NCBI GenBank assembly: GCA_963663025.1
Contig: OY760073.1
Span: 937,354-1,001,353, forward strand
Source of the DNA: Dehalococcoidia bacterium
Lineage (GTDB): Bacteria > Chloroflexota > Dehalococcoidia > Lucifugimonadales > JAGWBF01
Direction: 5' to 3'
DNA: 64,000 nt
Shown here piece after piece: positions 9,685 through 18,143 of this stretch. Both the position numbers and the translations under genes were made by a program. A model generated the notes under the pieces. It was not told the origin of the DNA and did no database searches. It was given only the letters and a program-made list of their open reading frames with translations. The stretch's first letter is position 1; the number at the start of each line of letters is the position of its first letter.

Positions 9685-10672
9685 TAGCTTCGTTCCCGGA
9701 CGAATTCGGTGAGTGTCAGGAGGGAATTGCGGGCGGGGCTGCTGGGAACGATTGACAGGGCATTGGCGGCCTCCGTGCAGTAGTCCCTCGCCACAGAAAA
9801 GCAAGAGGCAATGATCTCCCCGGGTCCTGGAGCATCTTGAGAGCCTCCTGCACCACACCTTCGTCTCTGTTGCCATTGCCCGATACCAGCTCATTGAGGG
9901 GGCGGCAGGTGGGGTCCCTTTCCATGAGGATGATGGCCGGCAGAGTTAATACTCCCTGAAGAAGATCATTGCCAACAGGCTTGCCAATTTCTTGAGAATT
10001 GCCTGTTACGTCCAGGATGTCGTCGATAACCTGGAAGGCCATGCCGATGTTGTAGCCATACCGCTTCAGGGCGGCCACGACTTCTTCCGGCGCATCGGTG
10101 AGGATTGCGCCCGTCTCCGAGGCGGTCTGGAACAAGGACGCCGTCTTCTTGTAGATGCAGCTCTCGTATTCGATTCTGCTCGGCGCGCTATAGCTGCCAC
10201 TGAAGTACTCCTGTAATTCGCCGCTGGACAGGTCCATCAGGGTCTCCGAGAAACGGCGGATCACCCTGACATTGTTTGTCTCGCACACGAAGACGGCTGA
10301 AGTCGCGAATACGTAGTCGCCCAGGAGCACCGCCACGTCTTTCCCCCACATGTCGGTGACTGTGCGTCTTCCACGGCGAAGGGGAGAGTTGTCAACCGTG
10401 TCGTCGTGGATGAGGGTGGCAACATGGAGCAGCTCCACTGCGGCACCCATGATCACCGGCAGGGAATGGTCGTGGGGGTAGATGTTGCCTGCCAGCAGGG
10501 TGATGGCCGGGCGCATCCTCTTGCCTCCCGCCTGCAGAACGTGCTCCAGCAGTTCTGACATGTGGGGCATGTCCGTCTGAGAGAGGGAGGCGAGTTTCTC
10601 TTCTACCTGGATCAGATCATCGGCAATTGGCTCGTAAATGAGGGAGATTCGAGTGTCCAGACCTTCCAGCAA
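9681..10672 (-). pseudogene. long-chain polyprenyl diphosphate synthase (IspB/HepT-like) with an apparent 1-nt deletion near the 3' end
   Basis: Both Asp-rich motifs are canonical (LIHDDTVD, VIDDILD). After ...ALKMLQDPG the called frame gives an implausible tail (RSLPLAFLWRGTTARRPPMPCQ...). The adjacent frame reads EIIASCFSVARDYCTEAANALSIVPSSPARNSLLTLTEFVRERSY* and ends at 9681. The frame switch is at the run CCCCGGG, 9818-9824. Confidence 0.8.
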
Positions 10673-10681
10673 AACGCGCTC

Positions 10682-12367
10682 CTAGACCAGATTAGCTTGC
10701 AGACGCTCAGCTTCGTGCTCTAACACGGCGTCATCTAACTTGATAAATAGAGGCTTAGGTTCATTGATGGCCTGGCCCGGCGGCAGCGATTGTGTATTGC
10801 CTTCCCAGTTCCAGCCTCCCTGGGCCATGCTGCCGGTGAACCCCAGCATGCGGTGCAGCTCCTCGGAGCTGAAGGGAAGGAATGGATACATGAGGGTTTT
10901 GAGGCAGTTAATGACACTGAGGGTCACCCACAGGGTGGTGGCGGCATCCTGAGGATCAGACTTTAGAGACTTCCAGGGGGACCTGGAGTCCAGGTAGCGA
11001 TTGGCATCCTGCGCCAAGCCCATGGCTTGCTGGATGGCAGCCCTGAATCGGCAACCCTCGAGACTCTGCCCGACAGCAAGGTGTGCGGTAGCCGCCTGAG
11101 CCAGCATCTGGGAGCTTTGCTCGTCCAATGCATCCGGGGATGGGACTTTTCCGTCGAAGTTGCGGGATGTGAGGGTGAGCACCCGGTGCACCAGGTTGCC
11201 GTAGGTGGCTACCAGCTCGTCGTTGTTTCTGCGCACGTATTCTGACCAGGAGAAGTCGGAATCGCCGGTCTCGGGCATGTTGGCCGAAAGGTAGTAGCGG
11301 AGGGGGTCCGGGGAGAACCGCGCCAGGTAATCGGGCAGCCAGACCGCCCAGTTACGGCTGGTGGAGAACTGCTGGCCCTCCAAGCTGAGGAACTCATTGG
11401 CAGGTACATCGTATGGGAGGTTCAGACCCCCGAAGCCCATTAGCATTGCCGGCCAGATTATGCTGTGGAAGGGGATGTTGTCCTTGCCGATGAAGTAGTA
11501 GCTCCGGGCGTCCGGATCTTCCCAATAGCTCTTCCAGGCGTCGGGACGTCCCTGCATAGTGGCCCACTCCTTGGCGGCTGACAGGTAGCCGATGACCGCC
11601 TCAAACCACACATATATTCGCTTGTCGTCGTACCCCTCCAGGGGAATGGGGACGCCCCAGGAGACATCCCGGGTGATGGCCCGGTCCTTCAACCCCTCCT
11701 CTAAGTACCTGCGGGTGAAGTTGAGGACGTTGGGGCGCCACTGCTCCTTGGCGGAAACCCACTGCAGCAAGCCTTCCTGGAAGGCGGTCAGCTTCAGAAA
11801 CAGGTGTTCCGAGTCCTGGAACCGGGGAGTAGTCCCTGAAATCTGGCAGCGGGCATCTTGCAGGTCTTCGGGGTTCAGGGTACGGCCGCAGTTGTCACAC
11901 TGGTCCCCCCTGGCCTTGGTGTTGCCGCAGTGGGGGCAAGTGCCCTCCACGTAGCGGTCCGGCAGATAGCGGCTGCAATCGGGACAGAAGGGAAGGTTCA
12001 TCACATCCTTGTAAATGAGCCCCTGATTGTACAGGCTGGTGAAGATATCGTGGACCACTTCCCGGTGGTTGTCCGTCCCCGTCCGCGTGAACAAGTCGAA
12101 GCTGATTCCCATCTGGTCCCAGCACCTGAGGAAGTCTGTGTGATAGCGCTCGGAGATAACCTCCGGACTGGTGCCTTCCCGGTCAGCCCGCAGGGTGATC
12201 GGCGTGCCGTGCTGGTCGCTGCCAGACACCATGAGGACGTTGTCGCCCTTCAGGCGGTGGTAGCGGGCGAAGATGTCCGCGGGGAGGTAGCAGCCGGCCA
12301 GGTGCCCCAGGTGAAGAGGGCCGTTGGCATAGGGCCAGGCAACGGCGACCAGGATGTTCTCGGGCAT
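10682..12367 (-). CDS. metG: methionyl-tRNA synthetase
   Basis: AWPYANGPLHLGHLAG (HIGH-type motif), a Zn knuckle CPHCGNTKARGDQCDNCG, and an FSTSRN (KMSKS-like) motif. ATG 12367 is preceded by GAGAGG. The upstream 19 codons of the track ORF are rejected. Confidence 0.92.
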   Translation of the reverse strand: MPENILVAVAWPYANGPLHLGHLAGCYLPADIFARYHRLKGDNVLMVSGSDQHGTPITLRADREGTSPEVISERYHTDFLRCWDQMGISFDLFTRTGTDNHREVVHDIFTSLYNQGLIYKDVMNLPFCPDCSRYLPDRYVEGTCPHCGNTKARGDQCDNCGRTLNPEDLQDARCQISGTTPRFQDSEHLFLKLTAFQEGLLQWVSAKEQWRPNVLNFTRRYLEEGLKDRAITRDVSWGVPIPLEGYDDKRIYVWFEAVIGYLSAAKEWATMQGRPDAWKSYWEDPDARSYYFIGKDNIPFHSIIWPAMLMGFGGLNLPYDVPANEFLSLEGQQFSTSRNWAVWLPDYLARFSPDPLRYYLSANMPETGDSDFSWSEYVRRNNDELVATYGNLVHRVLTLTSRNFDGKVPSPDALDEQSSQMLAQAATAHLAVGQSLEGCRFRAAIQQAMGLAQDANRYLDSRSPWKSLKSDPQDAATTLWVTLSVINCLKTLMYPFLPFSSEELHRMLGFTGSMAQGGWNWEGNTQSLPPGQAINEPKPLFIKLDDAVLEHEAERLQANLV

Positions 12368-12530
12368 CAGATAGGCCTCTCTTTGGAACAGCCTAGTACG
12401 GCGTGAAGCCTGTGGGTACTGCAAACGAGGGGTTCTGTACGCCTCTTGTAGGTGAGGAGGATTGGATGGTGGGTAGATGTTTCCGGTTGGAGGTGTGGCA
12501 GCCTATCCGGGCAGCAGGCCCGGCGCGAAA

Positions 12531-13184
12531 CTATTCCGGCGGCCACTTTGTTCCGCCAACTGCCGGGCCATCGCCTTGCCGTCGCTGAAGGCCTTTCGCC
12601 ACGACTTGCCGCATGCTGCGGGCGATGGTCCTTCCCCACTCCGGTGCGTGGTTGATCCTGTAGGAGGCCCGCTCCTGGCGTATCAGGTTGCGGGTGGCCT
12701 CGCTCATCTCGTTCACATCCTTGTTGATGTCGGGGACATTGGGATGGGAGCGCTTGATTTCGTCTTCCATGCCGTCCAGGACGGGCACAAGGTCCTGAGA
12801 GGTCTCGATGAAGAGGGCTACATGTTCCATTTCGTCCCCGTTGAAGAAAGCGAACACCGGCACAGTGCCCCGGCGGTTCTCTGGGAGAAAACTATCGGCC
12901 AGGTCAACATGGTCCGCTCGTATGAACACCCGGACTTCCATCTTGCCTGAGGCCCGGGCCAGCTTGTAAAGGACAGGCGTTGTGGAAACGTGGTCTCCGC
13001 ACCAGTCCTCGGTAAAGACGGCGACCCTGAGACGAGCGGGGATCTGGGAGAAGAACTCATTGTCTTCTGTACTAACTTCTACCCTATCCAACACCTGAGA
13101 GAAACGGTCTTTGTTTATCGCCATCCGGTCCATATGTTCCTCAGGTGTCATGCCTCGGAGGAACCCATCAGAAGTTAATGCCAT
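12531..13184 (-). CDS. thioredoxin-fold protein (single-Cys WCGD motif)
   Basis: FTEDWCGDHVSTTPVLYKLA...VPVFAFF matches a thioredoxin-like fold pattern. Confidence 0.65.
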   Translation of the reverse strand: MALTSDGFLRGMTPEEHMDRMAINKDRFSQVLDRVEVSTEDNEFFSQIPARLRVAVFTEDWCGDHVSTTPVLYKLARASGKMEVRVFIRADHVDLADSFLPENRRGTVPVFAFFNGDEMEHVALFIETSQDLVPVLDGMEDEIKRSHPNVPDINKDVNEMSEATRNLIRQERASYRINHAPEWGRTIARSMRQVVAKGLQRRQGDGPAVGGTKWPPE

Positions 13185-13248
13185 GCCAAGCCTTTCATAT
13201 GATCACAGGGCCTGATTCAGGCTAATTTTAGCCTGCTGCACATAGGTG

Positions 13249-14148
13249 TCAAGGCTGCTTCACTTGAGAGATCACATCCAGCCACATCCTGTAGGCCTCC
13301 CGGCGGGACAGGCCCGTGGACTTGGCGATGGTAGCGGCCGCCTCACGCGCACCGATGCCCATCCCTTGCAGGCGGACAATCTCCTCCCGCAAGGCTTCGT
13401 TGTCTGAGACGCCTCCATGTGTGTCTGTAGCGCCCGTGCCGACGCTGGCGGGGGCTCCGGCGATGACCAGGGTGAATTCGCCCCGTGGCTCGGAGAAATG
13501 GTCTATGGCGTCGGATAGCGGGCCTGTGAAGATCTCTTCGTGGCGCTTGGTCATCTCCCTCGACACGGCCACCTCCCGGTCGCCCAGCACAGTGAGAAGG
13601 TCTGCAAGAGAGGCGCGCAGCCGGTGGGGAGCTTCGAAGGCAACAAGGGTGAAAGGAACGTCTGCCACGGAAGTCAGCAGCTTGGCCCGGTCCGCCTTGC
13701 GACGGGGCAGAAATCCCAGGAACAGGTACTGGTCGGAAGGGAAGCCGGAAACGGAGAGCGCGGATGCGGGAGCGCTTGGCCCCGGGATGGAGGTAACCCG
13801 GAATCCGGCGTCCAGGGCCATCTGCACCAGGATTCTTCCGGGGTCGCTGATCCCTGGGGTGCCGGCTTCGGATACAAGGGCAATGTCCGAGGTCTCCAGC
13901 GTTTTCAACAGGCCTGCCGCCTTGCTCCGGCTGGTGTGCTCATGGTATGAGGTGAGGGGAGTGCCGATCCCGTAGCTCCCCAAGAGCTTTCGGGTGGTAC
14001 GGGTGTCCTCAGCCGCGATAAGGGCCACCTGCTCCAGCACCTTCAGTCCCCGGAGGGTGATGTCTTCCAGGTTCCCTATGGGGGTTGCTACGAGATACAA
14101 GGTTCCCACCCCGCCATTATATCCCGTGGGCCAACGCGCCTTCTCCAA
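13249..14148 (-). CDS. rsmI: 16S rRNA (cytidine1402-2'-O)-methyltransferase
   Basis: LYLVATPIGNLEDITLRGLKVLEQVALIAAEDTRTTRKLL is the RsmI signature. Confidence 0.9.
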   Translation of the reverse strand: MEKARWPTGYNGGVGTLYLVATPIGNLEDITLRGLKVLEQVALIAAEDTRTTRKLLGSYGIGTPLTSYHEHTSRSKAAGLLKTLETSDIALVSEAGTPGISDPGRILVQMALDAGFRVTSIPGPSAPASALSVSGFPSDQYLFLGFLPRRKADRAKLLTSVADVPFTLVAFEAPHRLRASLADLLTVLGDREVAVSREMTKRHEEIFTGPLSDAIDHFSEPRGEFTLVIAGAPASVGTGATDTHGGVSDNEALREEIVRLQGMGIGAREAAATIAKSTGLSRREAYRMWLDVISQVKQP

Positions 14149-14262
14149 GGAGCTAGCGAAATCAGGGTCTTTGAAATTAGAAACCTTCTTACTCGTTGTC
14201 CTGTGCTATACTGGGCCGCATAGCTGGGCGGGCCTGTCAATTCTGCGCAGGAGGTTTCGCAA

Positions 14263-15099
14263 GTGGCTACTCAAGTAATACCCCAGGACAAGACAGTCGT
14301 CGTCGATGGTCTGAAGCTGCACTACCTGGACTGGGGCACCGAAGGCAAGACCAGGATGGTGCTGCTCCACGGGCTCCGCGGTCACGCCCACTCCTGGGAC
14401 GACTTCTCAGCGGCGGTCTGCCAGGACCACCATGTGCTTGCGCTGGACCAGCGTGGGCGAGGTGATTCGGACTGGGCCAAGGACGGCCAGTACACCACCG
14501 ACGCGTACGTTTCGGATTTTGCCGGGTTCTGCAGAGAGCTGTCGCTGGAACCCTTCATTCTTGTGGGCCACTCAATGGGCGGGCGAAACGCCATGGCCTT
14601 TGCCTCTCAGTACCCCGACAAGGTGCAGAAGCTGGTGCTGGTGGATGTGGGGCCCACATCCGACATGCGAGGAGTGAAGCGGATAAACGACGAGATCAAG
14701 GCAGCCCCCGAGGAGTTCGACTCCTTTGAGGCGGTTATGGAGCACGCAGGCAGAGGCAACAAGTACGCCTCGGACCGGGTGATGCGCCGCCGGATGCAGT
14801 ATGCGACCCGGGAGCTTCCCGGAGGTCAATACGGCTGGAACTACGACCTTGTGATCAGGGAAGAGCGTCGCAACGGCACAGTCGCTCCCCAGTCGGACCT
14901 CTGGCCCGAGGTGGGCAAGATAACGGCCCCGACCCTGATTGTCCGGGGAGTCGAGTCAGACCTGCTGACGAGAGACACCGCAGACCGCATGGTGAGGGAG
15001 ATTCCCGACGCAACATTGGTCGAAATACCCATGGCCCAGCACATGGTGTTCGAAGACAATCCCGAAGAGTTCCTGAAGGCAGTCCAGAGTTTCCTGTAG
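14263..15099 (+). CDS. alpha/beta-fold hydrolase
   Basis: LLHGLRGHAHSW and the nucleophile elbow VGHSMGG. Starts at a GTG. Confidence 0.8.
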   Translation: MATQVIPQDKTVVVDGLKLHYLDWGTEGKTRMVLLHGLRGHAHSWDDFSAAVCQDHHVLALDQRGRGDSDWAKDGQYTTDAYVSDFAGFCRELSLEPFILVGHSMGGRNAMAFASQYPDKVQKLVLVDVGPTSDMRGVKRINDEIKAAPEEFDSFEAVMEHAGRGNKYASDRVMRRRMQYATRELPGGQYGWNYDLVIREERRNGTVAPQSDLWPEVGKITAPTLIVRGVESDLLTRDTADRMVREIPDATLVEIPMAQHMVFEDNPEEFLKAVQSFL

Positions 15100-15159
15100 G
15101 ATTCTTCCGGGCGACCATGAGACAGATTGATAACAACTAAGAGAAGAGGAGGACTCCTG

Positions 15160-15624
15160 ATGGCTGCACAAGTTGGCGACACTGCCCCTGACTTCACGCT
15201 GACCTCGTCATCCAACGAGTCGGTGAGCTTGGGGCAGTACAAGGGCAACAAGAACGTTATCCTTTCCTTCCACGTTTTCAATTTCACATCTGGTTGAACG
15301 AGCCAGGCCGCCTCTTTCCGGACCAGCAACGCCCGGATCGAGGAGAAGGATGCCCAGGTTCTGGGCATAAGCGTGGACCATCCCGCATCTCATCGCGCGT
15401 GGGCTACCTCCCTGGGTGGGCTTCCCTACCCCGAGCTCTCGGACTTCCACCCCAAGGGCCAGGTGAGCCAGGCCTATGATGTCTGGAGCGAAGAGCGTGG
15501 CACCAGCGTGCGATCGGTGTTCATAATCGACAAGGGCGGCACCATCCGGTACCGCCAGACCTACTCCGCTCCCCACCTTCCCGACGTGGAGGAGATACTG
15601 GGAGAACTGGACAAGCTGGGCTAG
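15160..15624 (+). CDS. AhpE/Bcp-like 1-Cys-type peroxiredoxin with in-frame UGA (probable selenocysteine) at the peroxidatic position
   Basis: ATG 15160 lies 7 nt after AGGAGG (15147-15152). The translation is MAAQVGDTAPDFTL...KNVILSFHVFNFTSG[TGA 15295-15297]TSQAASFR...VLGISVDHPASHRAWAT...FIIDKGGTIRY. It is in the same frame as track ORF 15373..15624. The TGA replaces the Cys of the Prx T-x-x-C motif. Confidence 0.7.
15311..15343 (+). promoter_or_regulatory. candidate bacterial SECIS-like hairpin
   Basis: CCUC-UU-UCCGG-[ACCAGCAACGC]-CCGGA-UC-GAGG, giving 4+5 bp around a 2x2 internal loop. The stem begins 13 nt after the UGA. The apical loop starts 24 nt after the UGA. Confidence 0.4.
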
Positions 15625-15646
15625 CTCCAACGCAAGGAGGTCTGTG

Positions 15647-17080
15647 ATGGCTCAAAGTGAGCTGGCGCTGATCGCCCACCTGCTGCGCCGGGCCGGGTTC
15701 GGGGCTACTCGGGACGAGCTTGAACGCTATACGGAGAAGGAATACGAGGCGGTGGTGGAAGAGCTCCTCCACCCCGAGGATGCACCTCCCCCAATAGAAG
15801 ACGAGGACATGGTGCGCCGGTATCATGTCGATGAGAACAGCTTGATGATCCTGGATAGCTGCCAGACCTACTGGATCTATCGGATGATCAAGACCCGGAG
15901 GCCCCTGGAGGAGAAGATCGCCCTTTTCTGGCACGGGGTGTTTGCCACCGGATACACCAAGCTTAACCAGCCCAAGGTGATTCTGAACCAGGTGGATATG
16001 TTCCGTCGTTACGGACTGGGCAGTTTCCGTACCCTGCTCCTCCAGGTGTCCAGGGACCCGGCTATGTTGTTCTGGCTGGACAACAATCAGAACCACCACG
16101 ACGCGGTCAACGAGAACTACGGACGCGAGCTGCTGGAGCTCTTCTCCATGGGCGTGGGCAACTATACAGAGGTCGATGTTCGGGAGGCGTCAAGGGCCTT
16201 TACCGGCTGGACCCTCTACAACCTTGGCCTGCATACTTCCAGGGTAGTCCAGGACTCGGTCTGGCCCTACGGGCGACTGGACTGGCAGTATGACTTCAAG
16301 AAGGACGACCACGACGACACCCAGAAGACCTTCCTGGGCCAGACCGGGACCTTCAACGGCGAGGAGATCATTGACATAATCTGCCAGGACAGGGCCACAG
16401 CCCGGTTCGTTTCCCGTCACCTGTACAACTTTTTCGTGGCCGACGAACCCCAGGTGCCTGCTTGGAACACGGTCCCGCCCCGGAACCCGGAAGCCATCGA
16501 GGCCATGGCCGATGAGTTCGAGACCAGCAGCTACGATATCCGCTCGGTGCTGCGGTTGATGTTCAACTCCGACTTCTTCAAGAAAGCGGCGTTCGCCAAG
16601 GTCAAGAGCCCTGTGGAGCTTGTGGCAGGGGCTGTGCGTCTGACGGGGGGACAGCATGTGCCTGCTGTGGAGGACATCAGAGTGGGCACGGCGGCGGGGG
16701 TGATGGGCCAGCAGATCCTGGACCCGCCCAGCGTAGAGGGGTGGCACACCGGCGTCGAGTGGATCACCACCGGAAGCCTTGTTGACCGTGTGAACTTCGT
16801 GGTGTCCCAGCTTGCCGATGCCAATAAGCCCGGGGTTAGGGCGTTGGTCGACCATGTGAAAAGCCAGGGACGTTCCCTGTCGCCCTCCCAGCTGGTTGAC
16901 GCTTGCCTGGAAATCATGGGTCCCCTCCAGGTCGGCAAAGACACCCGGGGCCAGCTATTGGGCCATGCCAACCAGGCCGGAGAGCTCGTTACATCTACCG
17001 ACGACAACCCCGGCTCAACCGCCCGCATCGTGGAGATGCTGCAGATGGTTGCGTCGACCCGGGAATACCAGCTCGCCTAA
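15647..17080 (+). CDS. DUF1800 domain-containing protein
   Basis: MAQSELALIAHLLRRAGFGATRDELE... is the typical DUF1800 N-terminus. AAGGAGG lies 7 nt upstream of ATG 15647. Confidence 0.8.
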   Translation: MAQSELALIAHLLRRAGFGATRDELERYTEKEYEAVVEELLHPEDAPPPIEDEDMVRRYHVDENSLMILDSCQTYWIYRMIKTRRPLEEKIALFWHGVFATGYTKLNQPKVILNQVDMFRRYGLGSFRTLLLQVSRDPAMLFWLDNNQNHHDAVNENYGRELLELFSMGVGNYTEVDVREASRAFTGWTLYNLGLHTSRVVQDSVWPYGRLDWQYDFKKDDHDDTQKTFLGQTGTFNGEEIIDIICQDRATARFVSRHLYNFFVADEPQVPAWNTVPPRNPEAIEAMADEFETSSYDIRSVLRLMFNSDFFKKAAFAKVKSPVELVAGAVRLTGGQHVPAVEDIRVGTAAGVMGQQILDPPSVEGWHTGVEWITTGSLVDRVNFVVSQLADANKPGVRALVDHVKSQGRSLSPSQLVDACLEIMGPLQVGKDTRGQLLGHANQAGELVTSTDDNPGSTARIVEMLQMVASTREYQLA

Positions 17081-17111
17081 CCTTTCAACCAGTCCTGAGG
17101 AGAGGGCGATT

Positions 17112-18143
17112 ATGATCGTTCAAGAAGCGCTCAGGTGCGTTCAGACCATCGGCTTCTACGGCCTTTCCGGCCGTGGATTCAACAATCCCGTGGACATGGC
17201 AATAGACGGCAGGGGCGTCCTCTACGTCCTTAACCGGGCTGGCCCGGAAGTCGAGTCCCGCATGAACTACAAGCGCATCACCGTGTGCAACCTGGACGAA
17301 GACTACCTCGGCACCTTCAGCACCGGCGGCACGGCCGACGGTCAGATCATGTGGCCCTGCTCCATCGCCATTGACCGGGAAGAAAACGTGTACATCTCTG
17401 ATGAAGCCCTGCACCGCATCTCCATCTTCGACAGGGAAGGTACCTACCTGGGCAAGTGGGGCGCATTTGGCGATGGGGACGGCCAGTTCAACCGGCCTGC
17501 CGGCATCGCGTTCGACCCCGATGATAACCTCTTGGTGGTTGATGGGGGCAACCACCGCGTCCAGCGTTACGGTAAGGACGGGGGCTACCTGGGTTCCTTC
17601 GGCTCCCACGGCAGTGGTGAGGGCGAGCTCTCCACACCTTGGGGAATCTGCCTGGACGATTCGGCGAATATCTACGTGGCGGACTGGAGAAATGACCGGA
17701 TACAGAAGTTCAGCCCCGAAGGGACCTTTCTGGGGACCTTCGGAAGCTCGGGCGATCAGGATGGACAGTTCAACAGGCCCTCCAGCGTGGCGGTGGACCC
17801 TTCGGGGAACATGTACGTAGCTGATTGGGGAAACGAGAGAGTGCAGGTACTGGGCCCCGACGGCAGTTTCTTCGCCAAAATGAGGGGAGACGGCGGGATG
17901 TCCAAGTGGGGCCAGGACTACCTGGACGCCAACCTGGAAGAGCTGGAAGAGCGGGCTAAGGCCGACATGGAGCCCGATCCCAATGTCTCCCCCAACGACA
18001 CTCTGAGGGACGAGTCCGCTTCCATCGAGAATCTGTTCTGGGGTCCAATCTCGGTGAAGCTGGATGCCCAAGGCAGGCTTTACGTCGTTGAGAGTTGCCG
18101 TCACCGCATCCAGATATACGACACCCGCTCCTGGAACATATGA
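17112..18143 (+). CDS. NHL-repeat (six-bladed beta-propeller) protein
   Basis: Repeated G.G.GQFN.P.G.A.D....VAD..N.R.Q.F units. ATG 17112 follows GAGGAG. The upstream part of track ORF 16896.. overlaps DUF1800 and is rejected. Confidence 0.85.
   Translation: MIVQEALRCVQTIGFYGLSGRGFNNPVDMAIDGRGVLYVLNRAGPEVESRMNYKRITVCNLDEDYLGTFSTGGTADGQIMWPCSIAIDREENVYISDEALHRISIFDREGTYLGKWGAFGDGDGQFNRPAGIAFDPDDNLLVVDGGNHRVQRYGKDGGYLGSFGSHGSGEGELSTPWGICLDDSANIYVADWRNDRIQKFSPEGTFLGTFGSSGDQDGQFNRPSSVAVDPSGNMYVADWGNERVQVLGPDGSFFAKMRGDGGMSKWGQDYLDANLEELEERAKADMEPDPNVSPNDTLRDESASIENLFWGPISVKLDAQGRLYVVESCRHRIQIYDTRSWNI

Noticed and set aside
12368-12530. Possible T-box or other leader upstream of metG, plus the hairpin CCGGGC-CTGCT-GCCCGG after the thioredoxin-like gene.
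   Set aside because: I found no T-box core (AGGGTGGNACCGCG-like) in either orientation. The hairpin is only 6 bp and has no U-tract.
17085-18104. A 339-aa minus-strand ORF. Other long antisense or alternative-frame ORFs include 4104..4793, 13316..13975, 19378..19968, 26094..26927, 27101..27790, 30359..31000, 31344..32114, 32922..33785, 34633..35304, 36907..37920, 38424..39542, 46586..47566, 51526..53001, 54112..54858 and 62866..63885.
   Set aside because: Each lies opposite to, or out of frame with, a gene whose product has clear family signatures. Their translations are Arg/Pro/Gly/Ala-rich low-information strings, typical of shadow ORFs in GC-rich DNA.
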